Shown piece by piece: positions 12,200 to 24,047 of a DNA stretch of 64,000 nt (positions within the stretch are counted from its first letter, which is position 1; every line of letters starts with the position of its first letter). This stretch comes from Scyliorhinus canicula (lineage: Eukaryota): positions 496,001 to 560,000 of the forward strand of contig NC_052172.1 of the NCBI RefSeq assembly GCF_902713615.1. Reading direction: 5' to 3'. A program made the position numbers and the translations under genes. Under the pieces are notes generated by a model. It did not search any database. It had not been told where the DNA came from and saw nothing but the letters and a program-made list of their open reading frames with translations.

Positions 12200-12320
12200 T
12201 TCTCCTGATTGGTGCTTCAAACAGATATCTGATTGGTCACTTTGTAGCCGGCACCACAATGTTGTTCAGATAACCAATCAGCAATGTGGGCACCGCCATT
12301 CCTCCTGAACCTATAAGAGA
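12200..12320 (+). promoter_or_regulatory. H2A promoter
   Basis: Two GATTGG, one CCAATCAG, TATAAG at 12312. Confidence 0.7.
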
Positions 12321-12325
12321 AGTGA

Positions 12326-12763
<438 letters not shown>

Positions 12764-12793
12764 AGCGACCATTCTTTAATCTGATAACCCAAA

Positions 12794-12832
12794 GGCTCTT
12801 TTCAGAGCCGCTCACTTTATCTGAAAAAGGCC
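12794..12832 (+). promoter_or_regulatory. Histone 3' stem-loop and downstream element (H2A)
   Basis: CCCAAA-GGCTCTTTTCAGAGCC at 12794-12809, then GAAAAAGG. Confidence 0.95.
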
Positions 12833-13387
12833 TAACTATTATCTGACCGTCAGAGATTCTGTTCTTTTGCTTAATGTGCAAATGTTTCACGTTTTATGAC
12901 ATCAATCCGCAGCGCATTCTGTGCGCGACATTATTTACATGTTCAGTATTTATGACACATGTGAATTAGGTGTGTTTATTTGGGATAAAAGTGTCAGTGA
13001 TCTGAAATGATCTTGGTTCCAATAATATTGCTCAAAGAAGGAAGTCTGATCTGTAATCTCTCCGCAAGAGATTCGGCTCTGCTATTTAATGTGTCGGTGT
13101 TTCTGCAATGATTATATCTGGAAGTGGGTTACTGTGTGACACGCTTCATACTCGGAGCCTCGGATTAACATCAAACTCTGGCTCACGATGTGCAGGAAGG
13201 TTTTTATGGAAGCAGTTTATTGGGGTAAGAAATCCTAGGAAACTGATATTATAGCTCCAATAAAAAGGCTTTGATATTACATACTGTGCGGCAAAAATGA
13301 CAACAGCATATTTTATAAACGATGAATTTTCCTGGAGACGAGAAAGTTCATTGTTATGCAGAGTAAATTGTAAGAATTGGCCTAAAG

Positions 13388-13714
13388 CAGGGGTGGGCAA
13401 ACTTTTCCGTGCAAGGGCCACATTCAGAAATTCACAATTCACAAACGGCGGCACAAGTAAAATAATTACTTCACCCGGTTATGATTCTGGGCGCCTCATA
13501 TAGAACAGTACAGCATAGAACAGGCCCTTCGGCCCTCGACGTTGTGCCGAGCAATGATCACCCTACTCAAGTCAACGTATCCACCCTATACCAGTAAGTA
13601 ACCCAACAGCCCCCCCCCCCCCCCCCCATTAACCTTTTAAAAAAATAATTTTTTTTTAAATGACTTGGTGGGCCGCAGAAATACCTTTGGCGGGCCGTAG
13701 TTTGCCCACCCCTG
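13388..13714. mobile_element. Non-autonomous hAT (Charlie/Buster-type) DNA transposon
   Basis: Perfect 16-bp TIR CAGGGGTGGGCAAACT / AGTTTGCCCACCCCTG; 8-bp TSD GCCTAAAG (NNNTANNN) at 13380-13387 and 13715-13722. Confidence 0.92.
13497..13640 (-). mobile_element. 5'-truncated SINE tail nested in the hAT element
   Basis: atagaacagtacagcatagaacaggcccttcggccctcg matches the 3' end of the SINE at 52401-52739. Confidence 0.8.
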
Positions 13715-14072
13715 GCCTAAAGCCATCGGCTGTAATGGCAACTTTTCTGTGAGTGACTGAGCATTTAAGGTCTTTCTACCTATCTATCGATCCATCCGTA
13801 TATCTATGCAAGTTTCTATCTCTTTCGTATCAATCTTTCCATCCATATATCTGTCTCTCTACCTATCAATCTATCTATCTAAATTGCTCTTTCCAAGCGT
13901 CGGTGCAGTCCCTGTGATTACATATTGTTATTGGTATTAGAAATCACAGCCAGTCTAGTTTATTGGGCTGAAATTAAATACGGGCTGGACTACAACAGAT
14001 AACGGATCCAGGGCAATGAGTTAACAAATAACAGAGATTTTTAAAAATGCTGAATCGAGATACTGGGGTGTA

Positions 14073-14112
14073 AGCTCTTTTCCTGACCGACTTGGTGGCT
14101 CTTAAAAGAGCC
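14073..14112 (-). promoter_or_regulatory. Histone 3' stem-loop and HDE (H3)
   Basis: Minus-strand GGCTCTTTTAAGAGCC (14112-14097), then AAAAGAGCT. Confidence 0.95.
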
Positions 14113-14138
14113 TTTGTTATTATTGGTGAAGCCGGGTT

Positions 14139-14606
<468 letters not shown>

Positions 14607-15070
14607 CTATTTAAGGCATTATAGTGACCGCCCTCTTCTCCTCATTGGATGCAGCCCGATCCCGTGGACAAGTTTGAAAAGTGCGATGGGCGGCAAGGAT
14701 ATCAGGGCCCTGATTGGTGGACCTGCAACTGACAAGCCATCAATTTCAAACAGCCCGCCAATTTCACAGGGACAAGGAACGGATATTTGCGAAAATCGAA
14801 AAAAATCAATCTCCAGTTGTGAACATCAAAAACATCTCAATGATTCCTGTTCCCATTTTGTCTCAGATTCGACTCAATGCCTGAGCACCCGGATTAAATT
14901 CAGATTCACTCCCTGATTGTTCTACAACAGACTGGGATAAAGCTCCTATTGAGGGGTGGAATTGTGTCTCATTTTATTCTAATCAACGATATCGGTTCTT
15001 TCATTGCAAAAAGCGATAGATATTAAATGTAAAATTGACTGATTCGTTTAGCGACTTTTCTGGTGGAGAT

Positions 15071-15160
15071 CACAGTAAGAAGTCTTACAACACCACTTTA
15101 ACCTGGTGTTGTAAGACTTCTTACTGTGCTCACCCCAGTCCAACGCCGGCATCTCCACAT
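15071..15160 (+). mobile_element. Penelope-like terminal fragment with fold-back
   Basis: Matches 55872-55936; arms 15071-15095 and 15104-15128 form a perfect 25-bp inverted repeat. Confidence 0.82.
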
Positions 15161-15255
15161 CTGGGGGAGATGGCGGAGGATGCGATGTTTACAGATCAGT
15201 TATGTAAACCTTGTTTCTGATCAAATTCTGACGCTGAACATTCATGTCCGAAAGT

Positions 15256-15388
15256 ACATAGAACATAGAACAGTACAGCACAGAACAGGCCCTTCGGCCC
15301 TCGATGTTGTGCCGAGCGATGATCACCCTACTTAAACCCACGTAACCCGTATACCCGTAACCAAACAATCCCCCCATTAACCTTACAC
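15256..15388 (-). mobile_element. 5'-truncated SINE tail (same family as 52401-52739)
   Basis: (CATAGAA)n then cagtacagcacagaacaggcccttcggccctcgatgttgtgccgag. Confidence 0.8.
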
Positions 15389-15974
15389 CTTAGATTCATA
15401 AAATCCAGCAAATACAATTTCGCAAAGACAAGTGTCGGATATCTGAGAACTTTAATCCCAAATTACTAATTGAAGTGAAAAGACCGCGCTGAACACGTAG
15501 AAACAGCAACATCATACAGCAGCGAGTTAGAAACGCGGATCTATTAAATCCAGGCATGTCAGTAATATTCTCGCCTCAGTCCACTCCTTTCCAGAACCAG
15601 CCCAACTACCTGCTCCCATTTCAACCCCAACTCCGATTCCATCCCCACAACTCCTCTCCCAGACAGATTGGGAATTTCACTAACATCCCTTCCAGCTGAT
15701 ATAAAGTGTTTTGAGTAGCGACTTGTGAGGCGGGATTTCTCCGCCATGTTAACTATTTTACAAACTCCCCCCTGAATCTGTGAAGAATGAAACTAACACA
15801 AACTGTGACTGTTCCCCGGTTAGGAAGATGCAGCAACTTCGCTGTGTTTTAGTGCAGAGTGGGGGGAGAAGCCCGGTGCAGAGCATGTCAGCGAGTGAGC
15901 GGCAATACTGGATTGACATTTCTATCTGAAATCTGCTCCCAGCACCGGGACAGGGATTCATTGGTCGGGGGATC

Positions 15975-16014
15975 AGCTCTTTCCGGAGAGATGTGGGTGG
16001 CTCTGAGAAGAGCC
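15975..16014 (-). promoter_or_regulatory. Histone 3' stem-loop and HDE (H1)
   Basis: Minus-strand CCCAAA-GGCTCTTCTCAGAGCC-ACCCA, then AAAGAGCT. Confidence 0.95.
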
Positions 16015-16050
16015 TTTGGGTTCAGAGGTTTACAATTTGCTCGCGTTCTT

Positions 16051-16770
16051 TCACTTCTTTGCTGGTTTCTTAGCCTTTACTGATTTCGCTTTGGGCTTGA
16101 CCCTCGATTGGGTCTGCTTTATTCCGCCCGTGATCTTTTTCACAGGAAAACTTTTGCTCGGGGCTGCTTTCTTCGCGCTCTTTTTGGGAGCTGTCGCCTT
16201 CTTGGCTGCTGCTTTCTTGGGAGTTTCCTTGGCTGCGGGTTTCTTAGTTTTCATGGCTGCTGCTTTCTTAGCTGCGGGTTTCTTGAGAGTTTTCTTGGCT
16301 GCGGGTTTCTTGGCTGCTGGTTTCTTGGCTGCGGGTTTCTTGGGTGCTGCTTTCTTGGGTGCTGCTTTCTTGGGAGATTTCTTGGCTGCTGCTTTCTTCA
16401 CTAAAGGTTTCTTGCCTGCTCCGGTCTTTATCATTTTCCCCCCGGTTGTCTTCTTAACGATCTTGAAGGAGCCGGAGGCGCCCGTGCCCTTGACCTGAAC
16501 CAAGCTGCCGTTGTCCACACTCCTCTTGACACTTTGCTTGATCTGGGACCCCCGTTTATCCACATCGACCTCTTTGCTCCGCAGCTGCTTCTTTATGGCC
16601 TGTAAGGAAACCCCCTTGCGATCGCCGCTATCCGCAACAATCTTGTGGATCAGCTCGGCCAGCCCGGGACCTTCTAGTTTCTTCCGGAGAACCGCCTTCT
16701 TCTGCTTCTTGACAGCCTTGACTGGGGCGGCGGCTGGAGGAGCCGTTTCGGCGGCTGCACTATCGCTCAT
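16051..16770 (-). CDS. H1: Linker histone H1, 239 aa
   Basis: MSDSAAAETAPP; globular domain ..DRKGVSLQAIKK..LVQVKGTGASGSFK; K/A/P-rich tail with PAAKK repeats. Confidence 0.95.
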   Translation of the reverse strand: MSDSAAAETAPPAAAPVKAVKKQKKAVLRKKLEGPGLAELIHKIVADSGDRKGVSLQAIKKQLRSKEVDVDKRGSQIKQSVKRSVDNGSLVQVKGTGASGSFKIVKKTTGGKMIKTGAGKKPLVKKAAAKKSPKKAAPKKAAPKKPAAKKPAAKKPAAKKTLKKPAAKKAAAMKTKKPAAKETPKKAAAKKATAPKKSAKKAAPSKSFPVKKITGGIKQTQSRVKPKAKSVKAKKPAKK

Positions 16771-16844
16771 CTCCGGGATTCTGCACAAAATCAATCCGTC
16801 ACTGTGAAGTGGCTGAGAAATGAAGCCTCTTGTGGCGACACTGA

Positions 16845-16925
16845 GCAACTTAAAGGCAGCGAGCGGACGGGGCGGAGACAACCTGCTCTCAGCTCCAGGC
16901 TGCTGCTGCTGCCTCTGTGTTTTTC
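16845..16925 (-). promoter_or_regulatory. H1 promoter: H1/AC box, GC box, weak TATA
   Basis: AAACACA (16922-16916), GGGGCGG (16869-16875), TTTAAG near 16850. Confidence 0.7.
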
Positions 16926-17989
16926 TCTGGTCCCAAACTCTCCAATTCCACTCAAATTCCAGCTCCACAGTGTCCCAGGATAAATCCTTCCTGTCTCTCA
17001 CACTCTAATGTTTGCTGTAGGAATGGTTTCACCCGATTTGAATGCTCCATTTCGGATTTAAACCCGTTTTACTGATGCACTGTTCGCGCTCTCTCACCCG
17101 ATCGCTCTCATTTTCCCAACCTTTCCGCAGAAATCTGGAAAGCAGCATCGAAACTGCACTGAAATCCAACTTGGGAAAGTAGGAGGGAATCAGGGGGATT
17201 GATTAAATGAACAATATTTCCATTTTGTCCCAGAGGGATTGGGAGATCTGCTGATCAGAGCGGACACACAAACACAGTTGGTTTCTCCTGTTTGGCCCGC
17301 CCCTTTCACTCTCTTTTCCACAATACTGTATTCACATCCACACACAAGATTTGGAAATTACATTTCCCAGGGCAGAATTCTCCCTCTTCTGAACATTTGT
17401 TTCCAAATCAGTGCCTTAATTGTAGATTTTCACCTCACTTACTGATCAGCTGAGTTTTCTGCTCCCTATCTTCTGTTTCCCTAAATACCTGGCAGCAGCA
17501 AGTCATATTTTTAAATCTAAACTCATTGATGACACGTTTTTCTTGAATGTGGAAATACAATTGATCTCCTCTCCAACAGTGGAGATTTTCATGTTTGATG
17601 TGATCCTCCTGCACTGCCGGTAACACTAAACCCCAAACTCAACAAGCAGGGACACCCAGTTAAAGAATAGTCCCACCCTTTTTGAGAGTGGAGATTTTCA
17701 CAGTGACCCACAGATTCTGACCATTCTGATCCGAACAGCAAATTTCAAAAACAAAGATGGACTCAAAGAGGGAACGTGTAAACCAGGAGAACGTGTAAAC
17801 TAGTGGGGAGTGTAAACCAGGGACAATAATAAATGAGGGGAGTGTGTTAACAAGAGAAATGTGTAAAATCAGTGGAAGATGCATAATCAAAGATAATTTA
17901 ATTATAGACTAGTGTGTAAAACCTGTAAAATGAGCGGAATGTATTAAACTTGGGATTGTATGGAACTAAAGTAGCCTGTAACACTGGGA

Positions 17990-18195
17990 AGTGAGTGAAC
18001 CGGGGGAGGGAGTGAACCGGGGGAGGGAGAGAACCCGGAGAGGGAGAGAACCCGGAGAGGGAGAGAACCCGGAGAGGGAGAGAACCGGGAGAGGGAGAGA
18101 ACCGGGGGAGGGAGTGAACCCGGAGAGGGAGTGAACCCGGAAAGAGAGAGAACTGGGAGGGAGAGGGAGTGAACCGGGAGAGGGAGTGAACCGGG
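17990..18195. repeat. G-rich 17-18 bp minisatellite (GGGAG[A/T]GAACCGGG[A/G]GA)n, left part
   Basis: About 11 tandem units; the same unit resumes at 22085-22360. Confidence 0.9.
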
Positions 18196-21100
18196 GGATT
18201 GGATTGGATTGGATTTGTTTATTGTCACGTGTGCCGAGGTACAGTGAAAAGTATTTTTCTGCAAGCAGCTCAACAGATCATTCAGTACATGGGAAGAAAA
18301 GGGAATTAAACAGAATTCAAGAAAATACAAGAAAATACATGAGAATACATAATAGGGCAATACAATATATACAATGTAACTACATAAGCATTGGCATCGG
18401 ATGAAGAATACATGGGTGTAGTGTTAATGAGGTCAGTGCATAAGAGGGTCATTTAGGAGTCTGGTGACAGTGGGGAAGAAGCTGTTTTTGAGTCAGTTTG
18501 TGCGTGTTCTCAGACTTCTGAATCTAATGCCCGATGCCTGCTTTCCCCCGGCAGCGGGAGGTGTAGATGGAATCAATGGATGGGAGGCAGGTTCGTGTGA
18601 TGGACTGGGCGGTATTCACGACTCTCTGAAGTTCCTTGCGGTCCTGGGCCGAGCAGTTGCCATACCAGGCTGTGATGCAGCCCGATAGGATGCTCTCTAT
18701 AGTGCATCTGTAAAAGTTGGTAAGTGTTAGTGTGGACATGCCGAATTTCCTTAGTTTCCTCAGGAAGTATAGGCGCCGTTGTGCTTTCTTGGTGATTGCG
18801 CCGGCGTGAGTGGACCAGGATAGATTTTTGGTGATGTGCACCCCTAGGAATTTGAAACTGCTCACCATCTCTACCTCGGCTCCGTTGATGCTGACAGGGG
18901 TGTGTACAGTACTTTGCTTCCTGAAGTCGATGACCAGCTCTTTAGTTTTGCTGGCATTAAGGGAGAGATTGTTGTTGTTACACCACTCCGCGAGGTTCTC
19001 CATCTCACTCCTGTATTCGGACTCGTCGTTATTCGAGATCCGGCCCACTATGGTCGTATCGTCAGCAAACTTGTAGATGGAGTTGGAACCAAGTTTTGCC
19101 ATGCAGTCGTGTGTGTACAGGGAGAAGAGTAGGGGGCTAAGTATGCAGTCTTGCGGGGCACCGGTATTGAGGACAATTGTGGAGGAGGTGTTGGTGTTCA
19201 TTCTTACTGACTGGTCTGTTGGTCAGAAAGTCAAGGATCCAGTTGCAGAGTGGAGAGTCAAGTCCTAGGTTTTGGAGCTTTGATATGAGCTTGGCTGGGA
19301 TAATGGTGTTGAAGGCGGAGCTGTAGTCAATAAAGAGGAGTCTGATGTAGGAGTCCTTGTTTTCGAGATGCTCTAGGGATGAATGGAGGGCCAGGGAAAT
19401 GGCGTCTGATGTGAACCAGTTGCGACGGTATGCGAATTGAAGTGGGTCAAGGCGTTCCGGGAGTATGGAGGTGATGCGCTTCATGATCAGCCTCTCGAAG
19501 CACTTCATTACAACTGACGTCAGGGCCACCGGGCAGTAGTCATTGAGGCACGTTGCCTGGTTCTTCTTTGGTACCGGTATGATGGTGGTCTTCTTGAAGC
19601 AGGTGGGGACCTCGGAGTAGAGTAGGGATAGGTTAAAGATGTCTGTGAATACATCTGCCAGCTGGTATGCGCAGGCTCTGAGTGCACGACCAGGAATCCC
19701 TTTTGGGCCCATCGCCTTCCGTGGGTTCACTTTCAGGAAGGCCGATCTGACTTCGGAAACTGTGATGGTGGGTATGGGTGAATTATGGGTTGCTGGGGCA
19801 CTCGATAGCGGATTGTTGGTTACCTGCTCAAACCGAGCATAGAATGCATGACGTTCATCGGGGAGGGGTGCGCTGCTGCCAGAGATACTGCTCGGCTTCG
19901 CTTTGTAACCCGTGATGTTGTTTAGTCCTTGCCACAACCGCCGAGAGTCTGTCTGTGACTCTAGCTTAGTTTGATATTCTCTCTTGGCATCTCGAATGGC
20001 TTTGCAGAGGTCGTACCTAGATTTCTTGTACAGGACAGGGTCGTCTGCCTTGAAAGCCTCAGATCCGTCCTTCAGTAGGGAGTCAATCTTGCGGTTGAGC
20101 CATGGTTTCTGGTTGGGGAACATACGTACTGCTTTCTTTGGCACGCAGTCGTCCACACATTTGCTGATGAAGTCTGTGACGGTGGTGACATACTCATTTA
20201 AGTTAGTCGCTGAGTTCTTAAATATGGACCAGTCCACTGTCTCCAAGCAGTCACGTAAGAGCTCTTCTGTCTCCTCGGACCAGCACTGCACAACCTTCTT
20301 AGCTGGATTCTCCCGCTTGAGTTTCTGCTTGTAAGCCGGGAGAAGGAGCACAGCCTTATGGTCTGAATTTCCAAAGTGCGGTCGGGGGATGGAACGGTAG
20401 GCACCCTTGATTTTTGAGTAGCAGTGGTCAAGAGTGTTGTCGCCCCTGGACGGACAGGAGATGTGCTGGTGGAATTTTGGCAGTACACTCTTGAGGTTGG
20501 CTTTGTTGAAGTCTCCGGCCACAATGAACAATGAACTCCGGGTGTTCTGTTTCTTAGTTGTTTATGACTGTGTACAGTTCATCCAGCGCCTTCCTCACTT
20601 CTGCCTGGGGTGGGATGTAGACCGCTGTGATAATGGCTGAAGTGAACTCACATGGAAGATTGTATGGGCGGCACTTTACGGTCAAGTATTCCAGGTCTGG
20701 GGAGCAGTAGGTCACCAGGGTCACCACATCCAAGCACCAGGAGGAGTTGATGAGGAGGCAAACCCCTCCACCCTTCGCTTTGCCTAAAGATGCCGTGCGG
20801 TCCGCCCGGTGAATAGAGAAGCCTTCAGGTTGTATGGCACAGTCCGGTGAGGCGGGGGTGAGCCATGTCTCTGTGAAACAGAGCACACAGCAGTCTCTTA
20901 CTTCCCTCTGAGAGGTAAGTCTGGCATTAAGTTCATCCAGCTTGTTTTCAATCGCTTGGACGTTTGCCAGGAGTATGCTGGGGAGAGGGGTCTTGAAAAA
21001 TGAATTGAAAATCGCTTATTGTCACGAGTAGGCTTCAATGAAGTTACTGTGAAAAGCCCCTAGTCGCCACATTCCAGCGCCTGTCCGGGGAGGTGGTACG

Positions 21101-22084
21101 GGAATCAAACCGTGCTGCTGGCCTGCTTGGTCTGCTTTAAAAGCCAGGGATTTAGCCTGGTGAGCTAAACCAGCCCTCAGTTCCTTCAGTCTAACCTGCA
21201 GACCGCTGCGTTTCCCTCCTTTCTCGGTCGGCGGCTGCTGCTAGATGATCCTGCGATCCGATGGGAGACGTCCGACCTTGTGGAAGGTAGGTGGTTACAT
21301 CTGGCGGGGTCCAGGGCGCTGGCGGTGTCCAGGGCGCTAGCGGGGTCCAGGGCACTGTTTACATTTCCGGGGTCACGTCTGGCAGGGTTCCGGGCGCTGG
21401 TTGAGGTAGTGGGGTTGCTGAGGGGGCGAGTTTGTGATCCGGATGTGTCCCGGCGTTCTGCGGGTGCGGGAATACCTTGCAGCGTGTTCGGATCCTCGCG
21501 CGCGGTCTCCATTGTTTTTGGGGCCCTGGGTCGGGGGCAGGGGCTTCCTGGAGCAGATTGGGCTAGGTTCCATGGTCTGTTCCCTTCCTGGGCGCTCCTG
21601 GGGTCGGATCTTGAAGTCGGCACGGTGGGGCCTCCATGTGGATTTTTCTTTCTTCCATCACCAGGTAGTTCGGGTTGCTGGGCGGGCCTCTCCGGGTCGG
21701 GTCGCTGGGCGGGTCTCTCGGGGTCGCGATGAGCCGTGTCTTGCCATCGTGGGTCGGGTCGGGAGCACCGGGGACAAGGCCGTGCGATCCGGGGGCTGGC
21801 GTCGGTTGATAGGGCGGGTTTGGAGCTCCGAGGCCCGGTTCAGCTCCAAATCGAGGTCGGGGCTTCACTTCCGGTTTGGGCCCGATCTTCTTCCAGGTCA
21901 CAAAGGTCAGGTCGGGTCGGGTCAAAAGGTCTCCAAGGGGCTCGGAGGATCATCACGCCTGCAAGAGAAGATAAAAGAGAGAGTAATAATGTTAGCTTTA
22001 GAATTAATTTTTGAAAGGTTAGAACGAGTATAAATAAAGTTAAAAGTGGATCTGTTGGGGAAAGCTTGCAGAGAATCGGCTCGC
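18196..22084 (-). mobile_element. Near full-length Rex1/Babar-clade LINE, decayed
   Basis: Endonuclease: PLPSILLANVQAIENKLDE, LCFTETWL, AGDFN, SDH. RT: RLLFIDYSSAFNTI, GAPQDCILSPLLF, YKFADD. 3' tail GTGACAATAAAC(AATCC)n; frameshifts; 5' end approximate. Confidence 0.88.
20998..21176 (-). mobile_element. Family R SINE inserted in the Rex1 element
   Basis: Near-identical to 615-803; splits GLQVRLK../FKTPLPS. Confidence 0.85.
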
Positions 22085-22360
22085 TCGGGAGGGAGAGAAC
22101 CTGGAGAGGGAGTGAACCTGGGGAGGGAGAGAACCGGGGGAGGGAGTGAACCGGGAGAGGGAGTGAACCGGGGGAGGGAGTGAACCGGGGGAGGGAGTGA
22201 ACCGGGGGAGGGAGTGAACCGGGGGAGGGAGAGAACCGGGGGAGGGAGTGAACCGGGAGAGGGAGAGAACCGGGGGAGGGAGAGAGCCGGGAGGGAGAGT
22301 GAGAGAACCGGGAGAGGGATGGAACCGTGAGAGGGAGAGAACCGGGAGCGGGAGAGAACC
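22085..22360. repeat. G-rich minisatellite, right part (copy at 34435-34635)
   Basis: (GGGAGTGAACCGGGGGA)n variants. Confidence 0.9.
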
Positions 22361-22364
22361 GGAA

Positions 22365-22700
22365 GGTGGAACAGTGGTTAGCACTGCTGCCTCACTGTGC
22401 CAGAGACCCGGGTTTAATTCCAGATTTCGGAGACTGCATGTGTGGGGGTTTGGACCTTCTCCCCGTGTGTGTGGGTGGGTTCCCCCCCGGGTGCTCAGAT
22501 TTCCTCCCACAGGCCAAAGATGTGCAGGTTAGGTGGATTGGCAATGCTGAATTACTGCTTCGTATCCAAGGATGTGTTGGTTCAGTGGGGTCTCGGGTTT
22601 ATGGAGATAGGGCGGGGAGTGCGCCAAGGTGGGATGCTCTTTCCGAGGGACGGTAATGGGCAGAATTGCCTTCTTCTGCCCTGCAGTAATTCTCGGCTTC
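22365..22700 (+). mobile_element. Degenerate HE1-like SINE (copy at ~34638-34975)
   Basis: cagtggttagcactgctgcctcac..aaagatgtgcaggttaggtggattggc. Confidence 0.75.
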
Positions 22701-22974
22701 TCTGGAAAATGAAGTCAGTCAGTGGAATGTTAGTTTGCAGAAAGTGTGAGTTTGAGGGGCTGAATGGCAGTGTAATAACAAACAAGCTGCAGGCAATGGC
22801 TGCAAATGGAATATCTCATTGGGACAAACACACAGCTACAAAGGTGATTGGTTGAGCCCTGGGGCGCAGGGCCACTTGCACCCACACACACACAGTCCCC
22901 CCAATACGGGCTCTATCGGAGGATTTGCTCCAAATGTGATGACAGTGAAATGGGGAATATTCCCATTGATTCTC

Positions 22975-23075
22975 AATGCGGAATTGCTGCGCGGATCTGC
23001 GCATGCCCGGGTAACCCCGGCCCCTGCTTGGCGTCACTCTGATCTGAAGCGCGCATGCGCATCCCCTCCCCCCCA
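22975..23075 (+). promoter_or_regulatory. CpG-rich promoter-like core with NRF1 motifs (copies at ~35250-35345 and ~59335-59420)
   Basis: TGCGCATGCC and GCGCATGCGCA, GC-box-like CCCCGCCCC in copies 2 and 3, CGTCA half-CRE; local CpG retention. Confidence 0.6.
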
Positions 23076-23551
23076 TTCTCCTTTTGCTCAGTCAGTGGAG
23101 ACGCTTTGTTCAAACTGAGTGAAATGTCAGGGCCCAGGTCAGCGAGGAAACAGCGTTCTCATTGCAGCAGCTCATCCATTTGGGAGTGTGAGCAAAGAGG
23201 CTCAGAGATCATTACTGACTCGGGGGGAGTTCAGGGAGAATCGGGGGCTGTTTGCAAGAGGCGCAGCGGGAGCCCCATCTTGTTCCGGGACTTGGAGTGA
23301 GCGGGGGGAAGGGAGAGCTCTTTCTGGGCCTGGCTTATTGTCTGATTCTGGGGCAGAATTTGGACAGTATTTTCTATTTTTACTGATTATCAGTTGAAAG
23401 AATTGTTTAATTTATCATTGACCTCACCTGACCCTGATTTACAAGAGATATTTTTTCTTCCCCACGTTCATCAGATGAAGATATGAGTTCCAAGATGATG
23501 ATTCCTCAGCAACAAGAATGTTCCGCCGTCTCCTTCTAACTGACAGTAAGT
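23075..23551 (+). ncRNA. Putative spliced non-coding or 5'UTR exons 1-2
   Basis: Donor GA|GTGAGC at 23297; pyrimidine tract and CAG| at 23474; 71-nt exon; donor CA|GTAAGT at 23546; conserved in 3 copies; no convincing ORF. Confidence 0.4.
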
Positions 23552-23734
23552 ACAATATTAATCCAACATTGCAGAGACACAGACACAACATCAGCTCCAC
23601 CGTCACAGGGAACAGAAGCAGTCACACTTACATTGAGCTCAAGTCCCAGATAAACATGCCCAATCCAACAGTGATACACGAGAGGGTAGGTGGGATAATT
23701 TTCCACAATTCACCCCTAGTCCATGAACTTCGAG

Positions 23735-24047
23735 CATGCAGTGCAGAAAGAGGTATTTGGCCCATCAAGTCTGCACCAACCCACTTAACCCTCACTCCCA
23801 CCCGTCCCCGTAACCCAATAACCCCACCTAACCTTTTTTGGTCACACAGGCTAATTTATCATGGCCAATCCACCTGACCTTCATGTCTTTGGACTGTGGG
23901 AGGAAAGCGGAGCACCCGGAGGAAACCAACACAGACACGGGGAGAACATGCAGACTCCACACAGACAGTGTCCCAGCGGGTAATCCAACCTGGGACCCAG
24001 GCGCTGTGAAGCCACAGTGCTATCCACTTGTGCTAACTTGCTGCCCT
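23735..24047 (-). mobile_element. HE1-like SINE (copy at ~36008-36320)
   Basis: Reverse-complement HE1 core; absent from the paralogous module at ~60 kb. Confidence 0.8.

Noticed and set aside
13959-13964. AATAAA downstream of histone stem-loops as alternative polyA sites
   Set aside because: Expected by chance in AT-rich spacers; no further support
16771-17001. N-terminal extensions of histone ORFs in the ORF track (H1, H2A, H2B, H3)
   Set aside because: They start at alternative codons or run through promoter and 5'UTR; true starts are the conserved ATGs
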